Assembly (NCBI GenBank): GCA_020725335.1
Contig: DYFF01000020.1
Location: forward strand, 146,434 to 210,433
Origin: Thermodesulfovibrio sp.
GTDB taxonomy: Bacteria; Nitrospirota; Thermodesulfovibrionia; Thermodesulfovibrionales; Thermodesulfovibrionaceae
Reading direction: 5' to 3'
DNA length: 64,000 bases
The position numbers were made by a program, and so were the translations under genes. The notes beneath the pieces were generated by a model. The model was not told where the DNA came from. It was given only the letters and a program-made list of their open reading frames with translations, and searched no databases. Of the stretch, positions 17,662 through 26,188 are shown piece after piece (within the stretch, counting starts at the first letter, position 1; every line of letters begins with the position of its first letter).

Positions 17662-19793
17662 TGACAACAAAAGTATTTTATAGAAAGCCGTCAAAAGTGA
17701 CGCTGAATAATGCCCCTAAGGAGAGGGAAAAAAAAGGACATAGCTCAGTAAAGGCTTCTGATATATTTAAATCAGCCCTGCTTATAGCTTTTGCCATATA
17801 TCTTTCAGTAAGCCTTTTTACCTATAACCTCTTAGACCCTTCTTTCTTTACCTTTACAAAATCAAAAACCTCTAATTATGGCGGCATTATAGGGTCTTAT
17901 TTGTCAGATATTTTTTTTAGCATCTTTGGTATAGCTACTTTTTTTATACCTTTGCTTTTAATCTGGGGTGGCATAAGAAAATTTCTTGGCAAATCCCTTT
18001 CTTTATCAAAACTACCTTGGATATTAACTCTTCTCTTTTCCTTTGCAGTTATGCTTGAGCCATTTAGAGGAAGCTTATTATCTTACAAAAAACTTCCAGA
18101 AGGGTTATCATGGATTGCATTTCACCTCTGTGAGAAGTATATTTCTCTTGTGGGAACTTATATATTTTGGTTCGCCTTTGCTGTAGCTTCAGTTTTACTT
18201 ATAAAGCCAACTGTATTAAGAAAAAAATCTGAGAAACAAAGTGAAGATTCCATACTAAACAAGGATGAAATAAAAGTTGTTAAAGTATCAAAAGCTGAAG
18301 AACCTCTTAGAGAGGCTGAGGCAAGCAGATTTAAGACAGAAGATATAAAAATCAGGAAAAAGGAAATTGATGAGAGACAGAAAATTGAGGCAGTTGAAAA
18401 GGGTTTTATTCTACCACCACTTAGTATGCTTAAAATTGAGAAAAATGAAAGCAACATCTCAAAAGAGGAAATAATAGCTTCTGCACGTAGTATTGAAAGC
18501 AGATTTGCAGAATTTGGAATTCAGGGAACTATCAAAGAGGTACATCCCGGACCTGTTGTTACCATGTATGAATTTGAACCTGCAAGTGGAATAAAGCTTA
18601 GTAAGATAATCACCCTAAGTGATGAGCTTGCCTTGTCTCTGAAGGCTCAAAGTATAAGAATCTATCCAATTCCAGGAAGGTCAGCAATTGGTATTGAAGT
18701 ACCAAATAAGAAACGGGAAATTGTTAGGCTTGGTGAAATTGTTGCCTCAGAGAAATTTCAAAATACCTCTTCCTATCTTACCCTTGCACTTGGAAAGGAT
18801 ATTTACGGAAACCCTGTTATAACAGACCTTGCAAAGATGCCCCATTTACTTGTGGCTGGCGCAACTGGTTCTGGAAAAAGTGTTTGCCTTAATACCATGA
18901 TACTTAGTCTCCTATATAAAGCAACTCCCCATGATGTAAAACTTCTTCTTATTGACCCCAAACTTCTTGAGCTTTCTACCTATGAGAATATTCCCCATTT
19001 AATGTCTCCAGTGATTACAGATCCGAAGGAAGCTTCAGATGCTCTTAAGAAAGTTATTTTTGAAATGGAACGTCGATATAAACTTTTTGCCTCACGTGGA
19101 TTTAGAAACATTGAAAGTTTCAACCAATCCGTCTCCTTTGAAGAAAAAGTTCCCTACATTGTTGTTTTTATTGATGAGTTTGCAGACCTCATGTTTACAG
19201 CTCCTTCCGAGGTTGAACAAGCTGTAACCCGCATTGCTCAGATGGCAAGAGCATCGGGAATTCATCTTGTTGTGGCCACACAAAGACCAAGCGTTGATGT
19301 AATCACAGGCATAATCAAGGCAAACTTTCCAGCAAGAATTGCCTTTCAGGTTACTTCCCGTGTAGACTCCCGAACAATTCTGGACACGCAGGGTGCGGAA
19401 AAACTTCTTGGAATGGGTGACATGCTTTTTATGGTTTCAGGGGTAAAGATAATTAGAGTACACGGTGCTTATGTTAGCGAAGAAGAAGTAAAGGCAGTAG
19501 CTGAGTATTTACGCACACAAGGAAGCCCTGATTACTCTCTCTTTGAATCAATTCAAGTTCCCACTGACAAGAAGGAAAACGGCAGAGCCAATGGAGTTGA
19601 AAGAGATGAACTCTACGAAGAGGTAATAGATTATGCCTCACAGGTTGGTGAGATATCTATTTCTCTTATTCAGAGAAGGTTTAAGATTGGCTACAATCGT
19701 GCTGCAAGGATAATGGACCTTCTTGAAGAAGACGGACTTGTAGGACCCCCGCAGGCTGCAGGCAAGCCAAGAAAATTTCTTGGAAAATTTTAA
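17661..19793 (+). CDS. ftsK: DNA translocase FtsK
   Basis: N-terminal TM helices and a linker. Motor domain with Walker A GATGSGKS and Walker B VVFIDEFADL. C-terminal gamma wHTH (ISISLIQRRFKIGYNRAARIMDLLEEDGLVGP). Confidence 0.9.
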   Translation: MTTKVFYRKPSKVTLNNAPKEREKKGHSSVKASDIFKSALLIAFAIYLSVSLFTYNLLDPSFFTFTKSKTSNYGGIIGSYLSDIFFSIFGIATFFIPLLLIWGGIRKFLGKSLSLSKLPWILTLLFSFAVMLEPFRGSLLSYKKLPEGLSWIAFHLCEKYISLVGTYIFWFAFAVASVLLIKPTVLRKKSEKQSEDSILNKDEIKVVKVSKAEEPLREAEASRFKTEDIKIRKKEIDERQKIEAVEKGFILPPLSMLKIEKNESNISKEEIIASARSIESRFAEFGIQGTIKEVHPGPVVTMYEFEPASGIKLSKIITLSDELALSLKAQSIRIYPIPGRSAIGIEVPNKKREIVRLGEIVASEKFQNTSSYLTLALGKDIYGNPVITDLAKMPHLLVAGATGSGKSVCLNTMILSLLYKATPHDVKLLLIDPKLLELSTYENIPHLMSPVITDPKEASDALKKVIFEMERRYKLFASRGFRNIESFNQSVSFEEKVPYIVVFIDEFADLMFTAPSEVEQAVTRIAQMARASGIHLVVATQRPSVDVITGIIKANFPARIAFQVTSRVDSRTILDTQGAEKLLGMGDMLFMVSGVKIIRVHGAYVSEEEVKAVAEYLRTQGSPDYSLFESIQVPTDKKENGRANGVERDELYEEVIDYASQVGEISISLIQRRFKIGYNRAARIMDLLEEDGLVGPPQAAGKPRKFLGKF

Positions 19794-19802
19794 AATTTTT
19801 AT

Positions 19803-19829
19803 TAAACTTTTTTTCACTCCCACCGATAT
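19803..19829 (+). promoter_or_regulatory. sigma-28 (FliA) type promoter for flagellin
   Basis: TAAACTTT-N11-ACCGATAT against the consensus TAAAGTTT-N11-GCCGATAA: 13 of 16 positions match and the spacing is exact. It lies about 105 nt upstream of the flagellin ATG. Confidence 0.6.
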
Positions 19830-19894
19830 ATATAATCAAGGCAGCAGGGTGGAAAGGAGGTGAAGGAAGTAAAAATTCACCCAACAGACTGTCT

Positions 19895-19911
19895 GGATGC
19901 AGGAGGCATCC
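19895..19911 (+). promoter_or_regulatory. CsrA-type binding hairpin in flagellin 5' UTR
   Basis: GGATGC-AGGAG-GCATCC is a 6-bp stem that presents GGA in its loop. A second GGA lies in the SD (GGAGG 19924-19928). Confidence 0.4.
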
Positions 19912-19936
19912 TAAATAAAACATGGAGGTTTAAACC

Positions 19937-21586
19937 ATGGCATTAAAAATTAACTTTAACGCAGAAGCAGCAGTAACACACACAGCCCTTCTAAGAAACG
20001 AAAGGGCAATGAACAAATCTCTTTTAAGAATTTCAACAGGTAACAGAATTCTTTCAGCAGCTGATGATGCAGCAGGACTGTTTATTGCTGACCAGCTTAG
20101 TGTTGTTGCAGCAGCTCTTGATCAGGGTAACAAAAATATTCAGACAGGTATAAGTGCGCTACAGATTGCTGAGACAAACGTGGGACAAATTTTTGAGAAA
20201 CTCCAGACAATCTACACAAAGGCACAATCTGCAGCAAATGACATTAATGATCCGAATGCAAGAGCTGCACTTCAGAGGGATATTACAAATTTAAGAGATG
20301 CCATTCAGAAGCTCGCAACAGATACAGAGTACAATGGAATTAAACTATTAGATGGCACATTCCAGGGTAAAGTAATTCACTATGGAGCAAGGGCTAATCA
20401 AACAATTACAGTTGACATAGGTAATCTTCAGACAACAGCGCTTGGTTCCTATCTTGCCTCTGGTAGTGGCAATGTTACCACTGGTTCAGCAGGTACAACT
20501 GGTGGCAGTTTAGCTAATTTCATAACTGGACTTAATTCTCCAACCTATGTTGCAACCTCAGGTGAGACCGTTGATATTAATGGAAATATAGTATTCCAAG
20601 GAACAACGGCAGGAATTCTTGTTGATGCAGCAACCTTAGCTGATGGGGTAAACAGTAATTCAACCCTTCAAAATGCAGGAATTCGTGCTATTGCAAGCAA
20701 TTCAAGCCTTGCATCAACATACAGTGCACCAGTATCTGTATCAGGAGAGGCAGGTGGAGCTAATAATGGAGATGATGCTGATTTTGCAGTAACACTTAAT
20801 TTTTATTTAGGCACAGGAAGCACTACCTTTAGTGTTAATCTTTCGGAAATTAACACAACTTTTGACGGTACCGATTATACAACAACAGTTACTACTGCAA
20901 CCCTTGATACCCTTGTTCAGCGTATTAACTCCGCTGCTGGGTTGGCAGGCGCTTCAGTTGTTGCAGTTAATGATGGCGGCAAACTTAAACTTACAACTCC
21001 TGATGGACAAACAATTGGAGTTGAAGCAAGAGTTATCAGAACAGCGAATACTGGGGGTCCTATAACAGCTGACATTTCTGTAAATCTTGGTCAAATTCTT
21101 CAGGGTGCATCAAGTAGGACATTTGATGATGTTAATGCCACAGCTCAGTATGCTCAAGCAATAAAAGTTGGTTCAGTAAACATAACCGCTCCTGAGGCTT
21201 ATACATTGAATTATAGCAGTGGAGTAAGTGCCTTTAACTTCTCCATTTCCAGCGGAACACAGGTAGGACTCCAGAGCCTTGAAAGCATAAGTGTGCTGAG
21301 TAATGCAGATGCTGAAACAGCTCTTTTAATAATAAATACAGCAATTCAGAAAGTTGACACAATCCGTACGCAGATTGGTTCTGTAATCAATAACCTTCAG
21401 GCTATATGGGATGGACAGAAAGCATCCTATGACAATATGAAGGAAGCTGAAAACGTAATCCGTAACACAGATTTCGCAGCAGAGATGACTAACTTCACCA
21501 CAATGCAGATAAGAATGCAGTCTGGTGTGGCTATGCTTGCTCAGGCAAATGCCTTACCTCAGCTTGTGCTTCAGCTTCTAAAATAA
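19937..21586 (+). CDS. fliC: flagellin
   Basis: Conserved N-terminus (LRISTGNRILSAADDAAGLFIADQL) and C-terminus (DFAAEMTNFTTMQIRMQSGVAMLAQANALPQLVLQLL). The central variable region is long and rich in T/S/G/A/N. Confidence 0.9.
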   Translation: MALKINFNAEAAVTHTALLRNERAMNKSLLRISTGNRILSAADDAAGLFIADQLSVVAAALDQGNKNIQTGISALQIAETNVGQIFEKLQTIYTKAQSAANDINDPNARAALQRDITNLRDAIQKLATDTEYNGIKLLDGTFQGKVIHYGARANQTITVDIGNLQTTALGSYLASGSGNVTTGSAGTTGGSLANFITGLNSPTYVATSGETVDINGNIVFQGTTAGILVDAATLADGVNSNSTLQNAGIRAIASNSSLASTYSAPVSVSGEAGGANNGDDADFAVTLNFYLGTGSTTFSVNLSEINTTFDGTDYTTTVTTATLDTLVQRINSAAGLAGASVVAVNDGGKLKLTTPDGQTIGVEARVIRTANTGGPITADISVNLGQILQGASSRTFDDVNATAQYAQAIKVGSVNITAPEAYTLNYSSGVSAFNFSISSGTQVGLQSLESISVLSNADAETALLIINTAIQKVDTIRTQIGSVINNLQAIWDGQKASYDNMKEAENVIRNTDFAAEMTNFTTMQIRMQSGVAMLAQANALPQLVLQLLK

Positions 21587-21602
21587 TTTAGCGATTAGAT
21601 AC

Positions 21603-21623
21603 GCCCCCTCTCCTTGAGGGGGC
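21603..21623 (+). terminator. rho-independent terminator after flagellin
   Basis: GCCCCCTC-TCCTT-GAGGGGGC gives an 8-bp GC-rich stem, followed by ATTTAAATTT. Confidence 0.75.
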
Positions 21624-21651
21624 ATTTAAATTTGTATAGTGGGAGTAAAAG

Positions 21652-22035
21652 ATGAGACTGGATGGGATAGGGAAAGAAATAATAGCAATAAATCCATATA
21701 GAAACATTAACGTGCTAAACTTCGAAATGGAATCAAAAAAGGTAGAAGTTGAAGTAAAACCTTTCAGCCAGACAGATGAAATCACTAAAGGCGTTCAAAA
21801 ACCCTCGGTATCACAGGAAGAGTTAAACAAATTAGTAGAGGAGTTAAGGCATAAATTCAGTTTAATTGAGAAGTATTTACAAATAGATATTGATGAACAA
21901 CTTAAAATGCCTATTTCAAGGATAATTGATATGAGAACAGAAGAAATCATTAGACAGATTCCACCGGATTGGATTGTGGATATACTTAGAAGAATGGAAG
22001 AACTAAAGGGTGTTTTCTATGCCGAGGAGGTATAA
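21652..22035 (+). CDS. flaG: flagellar protein FlaG
   Basis: About 125 aa, located between flagellin and fliD. The C-terminal segment ISRIIDMRTEEIIRQIPPDWIVDILRRM resembles the FlaG consensus (V-x-D-x-x-T-x-E-V-I-R-Q-I-P). Confidence 0.7.
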   Translation: MRLDGIGKEIIAINPYRNINVLNFEMESKKVEVEVKPFSQTDEITKGVQKPSVSQEELNKLVEELRHKFSLIEKYLQIDIDEQLKMPISRIIDMRTEEIIRQIPPDWIVDILRRMEELKGVFYAEEV

Positions 22036-22038
22036 ATA

Positions 22039-23376
22039 ATGGCTGACCTCTATATTTCAGGGCTTACAGGCGCTTTTGATACAGAAACAATGATAAGTAG
22101 CCTTATGAGCATTAAAAAGCAGCCCATACAAGCCCTTGCTCAGCAGAGAGCTCTAATTCAGACTAAAGTTTCAAGTCTTTCAAATCTTTATGGTGCTTTA
22201 AATGGAATGCAGAGTTTTCTTAGTAGCCTTGATGTGAATAAAATTTTTTCAACGAAAAAAGCCAACTCCTCAAATTCTAATGTGCTTACAGCAACTGCTA
22301 CAAAGGATACACCAAACCTTACGATGAGCCTTAATGTTACGAAACTTGCTCAGACAGAGATGAGAGCAAGCACAAAAGGAATGTCATCTCTTACAGATAC
22401 TTTTCAGTCATCAGGCACAATGACATTCAAATACTGGAAAGACAACTCAAATTTCGCAACTTACTCAATAAATTATTCTTCAGGGCAGACTCTCCAAGAC
22501 CTTGTAAACAGCATAAATTCATCACAAAAAGATATTAAGGCTTCCGTTTACTATACAGGTTCTGAATATCGTCTACTTCTTACAGAGGCAGATGCCTCAA
22601 AATCAAAAAAAGAAACAGGAAATGACAGTTATGTCATAGAAGGAGAAGGATTACCAACTGAACTTTATGACTCTGAAACTGGTATGCTTGAAACTCTTCA
22701 AAAAGCTCAGAATGCAGCAATAAAAATTGGAAATTCATCTACAGAAATAACTTCTCCGTCAAATACTTTTACTAATTTAGTCACAGGGCTTGACATAACA
22801 ATAAAAACTGAAGGCTCTGCAACGGTTACCATAAGTGAGGATTATTCTCAGGTAGATAGCACTCTAAATAGCCTTGTTTCAAACTACAACGGTGTTATCA
22901 ACTTAATAAATCAACTTACAGGTAAAGGTGCTCAATTTCAGGGTGACAGCACTGTAACTACAATAAAAACAGGTTTTGTAAGAATGCTTAATCCTCTTAT
23001 TAATGCAGGTTTAATAAAATACTCTGATAAGGACGGAACTATATCAATCAATACTGAGGCGCTTAACAACTTAAAAACATCAAACCCCGAAAAATTGAAA
23101 GATATTTTCTCTAACATAAAAGATTCATTTGCCAGCCAACTTAGTGCTTGGACAGGGGCAATAAATACCTATAAAAACATTGGTGAAGGACAGATAAACA
23201 GCATAAATGAAAGAATTAGTAGTTTACAGGAGTATCTCACGAAGTACGAAGAAAGACTTCGTAGAGAGTATGCACAAGTTGAAGCCTTTATAAACCAGAT
23301 GAATCAAATTAGTTCAAGACTGCAAGGATTTATGACAACTTTATCAGAAATGACAAAAGGAGGAAATGAGAAATGA
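22039..23376 (+). CDS. fliD: flagellar filament capping protein FliD
   Basis: N-terminus ISGLTGAFDTETMISSLMSIKKQPIQ and a C-terminal coiled coil (RREYAQVEAFINQMNQ), typical of FliD. Position after flaG. Confidence 0.85.
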   Translation: MADLYISGLTGAFDTETMISSLMSIKKQPIQALAQQRALIQTKVSSLSNLYGALNGMQSFLSSLDVNKIFSTKKANSSNSNVLTATATKDTPNLTMSLNVTKLAQTEMRASTKGMSSLTDTFQSSGTMTFKYWKDNSNFATYSINYSSGQTLQDLVNSINSSQKDIKASVYYTGSEYRLLLTEADASKSKKETGNDSYVIEGEGLPTELYDSETGMLETLQKAQNAAIKIGNSSTEITSPSNTFTNLVTGLDITIKTEGSATVTISEDYSQVDSTLNSLVSNYNGVINLINQLTGKGAQFQGDSTVTTIKTGFVRMLNPLINAGLIKYSDKDGTISINTEALNNLKTSNPEKLKDIFSNIKDSFASQLSAWTGAINTYKNIGEGQINSINERISSLQEYLTKYEERLRREYAQVEAFINQMNQISSRLQGFMTTLSEMTKGGNEK

Positions 23377-23798
23377 GCTATGTAGATTCCTATCTTCAGA
23401 GCAAAGTCTTAGGAGCAGATGGATTAGAACTCATAACCATGCTCTATGACAGAGCGATTGTAGCTTTAAATATTGCAAAGGAATCCATTGTTAAAGGACT
23501 TGACGAACCTGAAAGAGTAACTAAAAAAGCAAAAGAACTAGGAAAAGCAACAGACATCCTTTATTATCTTAATGATATTCTTGATAGACAAAGAGGTGGT
23601 GAAATTGCTGAAAACTTGAGTGTAATTTATACTACTCTTACCAGTGAACTTGTAAGGGCTAATCTCTTCAACGATGTGGAAATTATAGAAAAATGCATAG
23701 AGATTCTTAATAATCTAAAATTAGCTTGGGAAGATATAAAAAAACAAGCGAAGGAATTGCAAAATGAACAAAAAAGAGCCTATGCAGGAGCGATCTAA
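23373..23798 (+). CDS. fliS: flagellin-specific chaperone FliS
   Basis: About 140 aa. LELITMLYDRAIVALNIAKESI and LSVIYTTLTSELVRANL match the FliS four-helix pattern. The start overlaps the fliD stop. Confidence 0.85.
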   Translation: MSYVDSYLQSKVLGADGLELITMLYDRAIVALNIAKESIVKGLDEPERVTKKAKELGKATDILYYLNDILDRQRGGEIAENLSVIYTTLTSELVRANLFNDVEIIEKCIEILNNLKLAWEDIKKQAKELQNEQKRAYAGAI

Positions 23799-24027
23799 GG
23801 TAAGAAGCCTTCTCATTCAAGCAGAACTTGCCCTGAAGGAAGACCGCTTTGAGGAGGCTATTGCTATGCTTTCAGGAATAAAGACAGAAGAGTTTGCTAC
23901 TTTGACTTTAGAGGAACTTCATGCTATTGGTAATCTTATAAATTATATAAAAAGTCTTGCCGAAGAAAAAAAAGCATCCCTTGTAAATCAGATGAAAATT
24001 ATTCAGGCAAGCAAAGAGTATCTATAA
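23764..24027 (+). CDS. hypothetical small helical protein (FliT-position)
   Basis: An 87-aa helical ORF overlaps the fliS end and occupies the position FliT holds in the Bacillus flaG-fliD-fliS-fliT arrangement. I can see no sequence signature. Confidence 0.4.
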   Translation: MNKKEPMQERSKVRSLLIQAELALKEDRFEEAIAMLSGIKTEEFATLTLEELHAIGNLINYIKSLAEEKKASLVNQMKIIQASKEYL

Positions 24028-24066
24028 ATTTGGCAATAGCTTCTTTTTATTTGTATAATCAAATCT

Positions 24067-25302
24067 ATGCTTGATAAAAAATACCTGCTTCCAAAGGATG
24101 CTGTTAATCTTTTGCTCGAACATCTCAAATTTCGAAGCCTTCCAGGTGAAATAATATATTTAGAAGAGGCATACGATAGGGTAACCTACGAGGATATTTT
24201 TTCTCCCGAAGACCTTCCAGGTTTTCATCGTTCTACTGTTGATGGCTTTGCTGTAAGGTCAATGGATACCTTTGGTGCAAGGGAGAGTTCACCAGCCTAT
24301 TTAAATATGAAAGGTGATATTCCTATGGGAGCTATTCCAAATTTTTCAATCTCACAGGGTGAATGTGCTTCAATTGCTACAGGTGGGATGCTTCCAGAGG
24401 GTGCAGATGCTGTTGTAATGATTGAACATGTAAATGTTGTATCCCAAGATTTGATAGAGGTGCTAAGGTCAGTTTCACCTTGGGAAAATGTAATTTTTAA
24501 GGATGAGGATGTAAAAAGGGGCGAAATTGTTATTAAAGCAGGTAAAAGGTTAAAACCTCAAGATATCGGAGCTTTGGCAGGGCTTGGGATAGGAGAGGTT
24601 AAAGTAGCAAAAAAGCCTGTAGTGTCAATAATCCTTACAGGTGATGAAATTATACCTCACACTGAAAAAGTCTCTCCAGGACAGGTAAGAGATGTAAATT
24701 CTTTTACTCTTTCAGGGCTTGCAGTAAGGGCTGGTGCTGTGCCTATAAAGATGGGTATAGTGAGGGATGATTATAATGAAATAAAGACTAGGGTTGATAA
24801 AGCCTATGAAATAAGTGACCTTGTATTAATAACAGGTGGAACGAGCGCAGGGGTAAAAGATATGACAGCAAAAGTAATAGATGAGCTTGGATCTCCAGGC
24901 GTGCTTTTCCACGGAGTGTCCATTAAACCTGGAAAGCCTCTTATTGGTGGTGTCTGCGGAGGAAAGCCTGTTTTTGGATTACCCGGACATCCTGTCGCAG
25001 TTTATATCTGTTTTGAATTATTTGTCAGACCTGTTATTGAGCACATGATTGGTTTACAGGAAAGAAAGGTTAAAAGACTCATAAAGGCAAAAATGGCAAG
25101 AAATCTTCACTCACAATCAGGAAGAGAGGATTTTATAAGGGTTTCTCTTGAAGAAAGAGATGGGCAACTCTGGGCAATACCACTTTTAAGCAAGTCAGGT
25201 CTAATAATGAGCCTTGTGAGAGCAGGCGGCATCGTTCATATACCTTCTGAACTTCTTGGACTACAAGAGGGTGATGAAGTTTTTGTAGAGGTTATTGATT
25301 AG
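24067..25302 (+). CDS. moeA: molybdopterin molybdenumtransferase MoeA
   Basis: DLPGFHRSTVDGFAVRS, ATGGMLPEGADAVVMIE, TGGTSAG and KPGKPL are MoeA signatures. Confidence 0.85.
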   Translation: MLDKKYLLPKDAVNLLLEHLKFRSLPGEIIYLEEAYDRVTYEDIFSPEDLPGFHRSTVDGFAVRSMDTFGARESSPAYLNMKGDIPMGAIPNFSISQGECASIATGGMLPEGADAVVMIEHVNVVSQDLIEVLRSVSPWENVIFKDEDVKRGEIVIKAGKRLKPQDIGALAGLGIGEVKVAKKPVVSIILTGDEIIPHTEKVSPGQVRDVNSFTLSGLAVRAGAVPIKMGIVRDDYNEIKTRVDKAYEISDLVLITGGTSAGVKDMTAKVIDELGSPGVLFHGVSIKPGKPLIGGVCGGKPVFGLPGHPVAVYICFELFVRPVIEHMIGLQERKVKRLIKAKMARNLHSQSGREDFIRVSLEERDGQLWAIPLLSKSGLIMSLVRAGGIVHIPSELLGLQEGDEVFVEVID

Positions 25303-26188
25303 CAGTAGCACACCATTTTATTGATTCTTTGTAAGAGACAGGCTCTCTCTTTAAAAGTCTTTGGATAGGATAGACATCCTTTGCACTGTCACATATATTA
25401 TCGCGCCACATCATTTTATACTGTTCTGAGGCAAAGATTTTTAAAATTGAGTTGGGAAATGGCATAAATATTACTTTTTTACCTATATAATTTACAAAAT
25501 CGCTAACAATGTTTCTAAAGCTTACTCTTTCATCCCCGCATAGTTCAAAAACAGCCTTTTCTTTAAAATCAATTGCCTTTATGAAACACTCAGCCACATC
25601 TCTAACATCAACAGGTTGAAATCTATATCCTCCTATATCTGGGAAGATTAGCAAAGGCAATTTTTCAAGCATAGGCTTCAGTCTGACAAAAAGTAGTTGT
25701 TCTGGGCCTAAGATAAAAGAGGGGCGAAGGATTGCATAGGGGATTCCACTTTTTATTAGTTCCTTTTCTGCCAAGAGCTTTGTTATATGATATTTTGAAG
25801 GAGCCTTTTCATCAACACCTAAAGCACTCATGTGGATTATTTTTTTAGGCGGTATTTCTCTTAGTATTTCATAGAGAGTTTTTGAATATTCGTAATGAAC
25901 TTTTTCAAAAGTAATACCCTTTGATTTAATCTCCTGAATTATTCCTATCAGATGGATAACATAATCAGGTTTTATTGCATCTATTATTTTTCGTAGTTCA
26001 TCTTTTTTTGAAAAGTCATCCAAAAAATGAAACTTAACTCCTTCAGAGAAGATTTTTTGTGCTTTAAAGGGATTTCTCGCCACAAGATGAACTTCATAGC
26101 CTTTTTTTAAAGCTTCCCTGACTACGTATCTGCCTACAAAGCCTGTACCGCCTGTTATAAGAACCTTCTCCATGTTTAATTGTATCAT
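25292..26188 (-). CDS. NAD(P)-dependent epimerase/dehydratase family (NDUFA9-like atypical SDR)
   Basis: N-terminal Rossmann motif ITGGTGFVGRYV and an SDR-like YHITK catalytic region. The 3' end overlaps moeA convergently by 11 nt. Confidence 0.75.
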   Translation of the reverse strand: MIQLNMEKVLITGGTGFVGRYVVREALKKGYEVHLVARNPFKAQKIFSEGVKFHFLDDFSKKDELRKIIDAIKPDYVIHLIGIIQEIKSKGITFEKVHYEYSKTLYEILREIPPKKIIHMSALGVDEKAPSKYHITKLLAEKELIKSGIPYAILRPSFILGPEQLLFVRLKPMLEKLPLLIFPDIGGYRFQPVDVRDVAECFIKAIDFKEKAVFELCGDERVSFRNIVSDFVNYIGKKVIFMPFPNSILKIFASEQYKMMWRDNICDSAKDVYPIQRLLKREPVSYKESIKWCATANQ

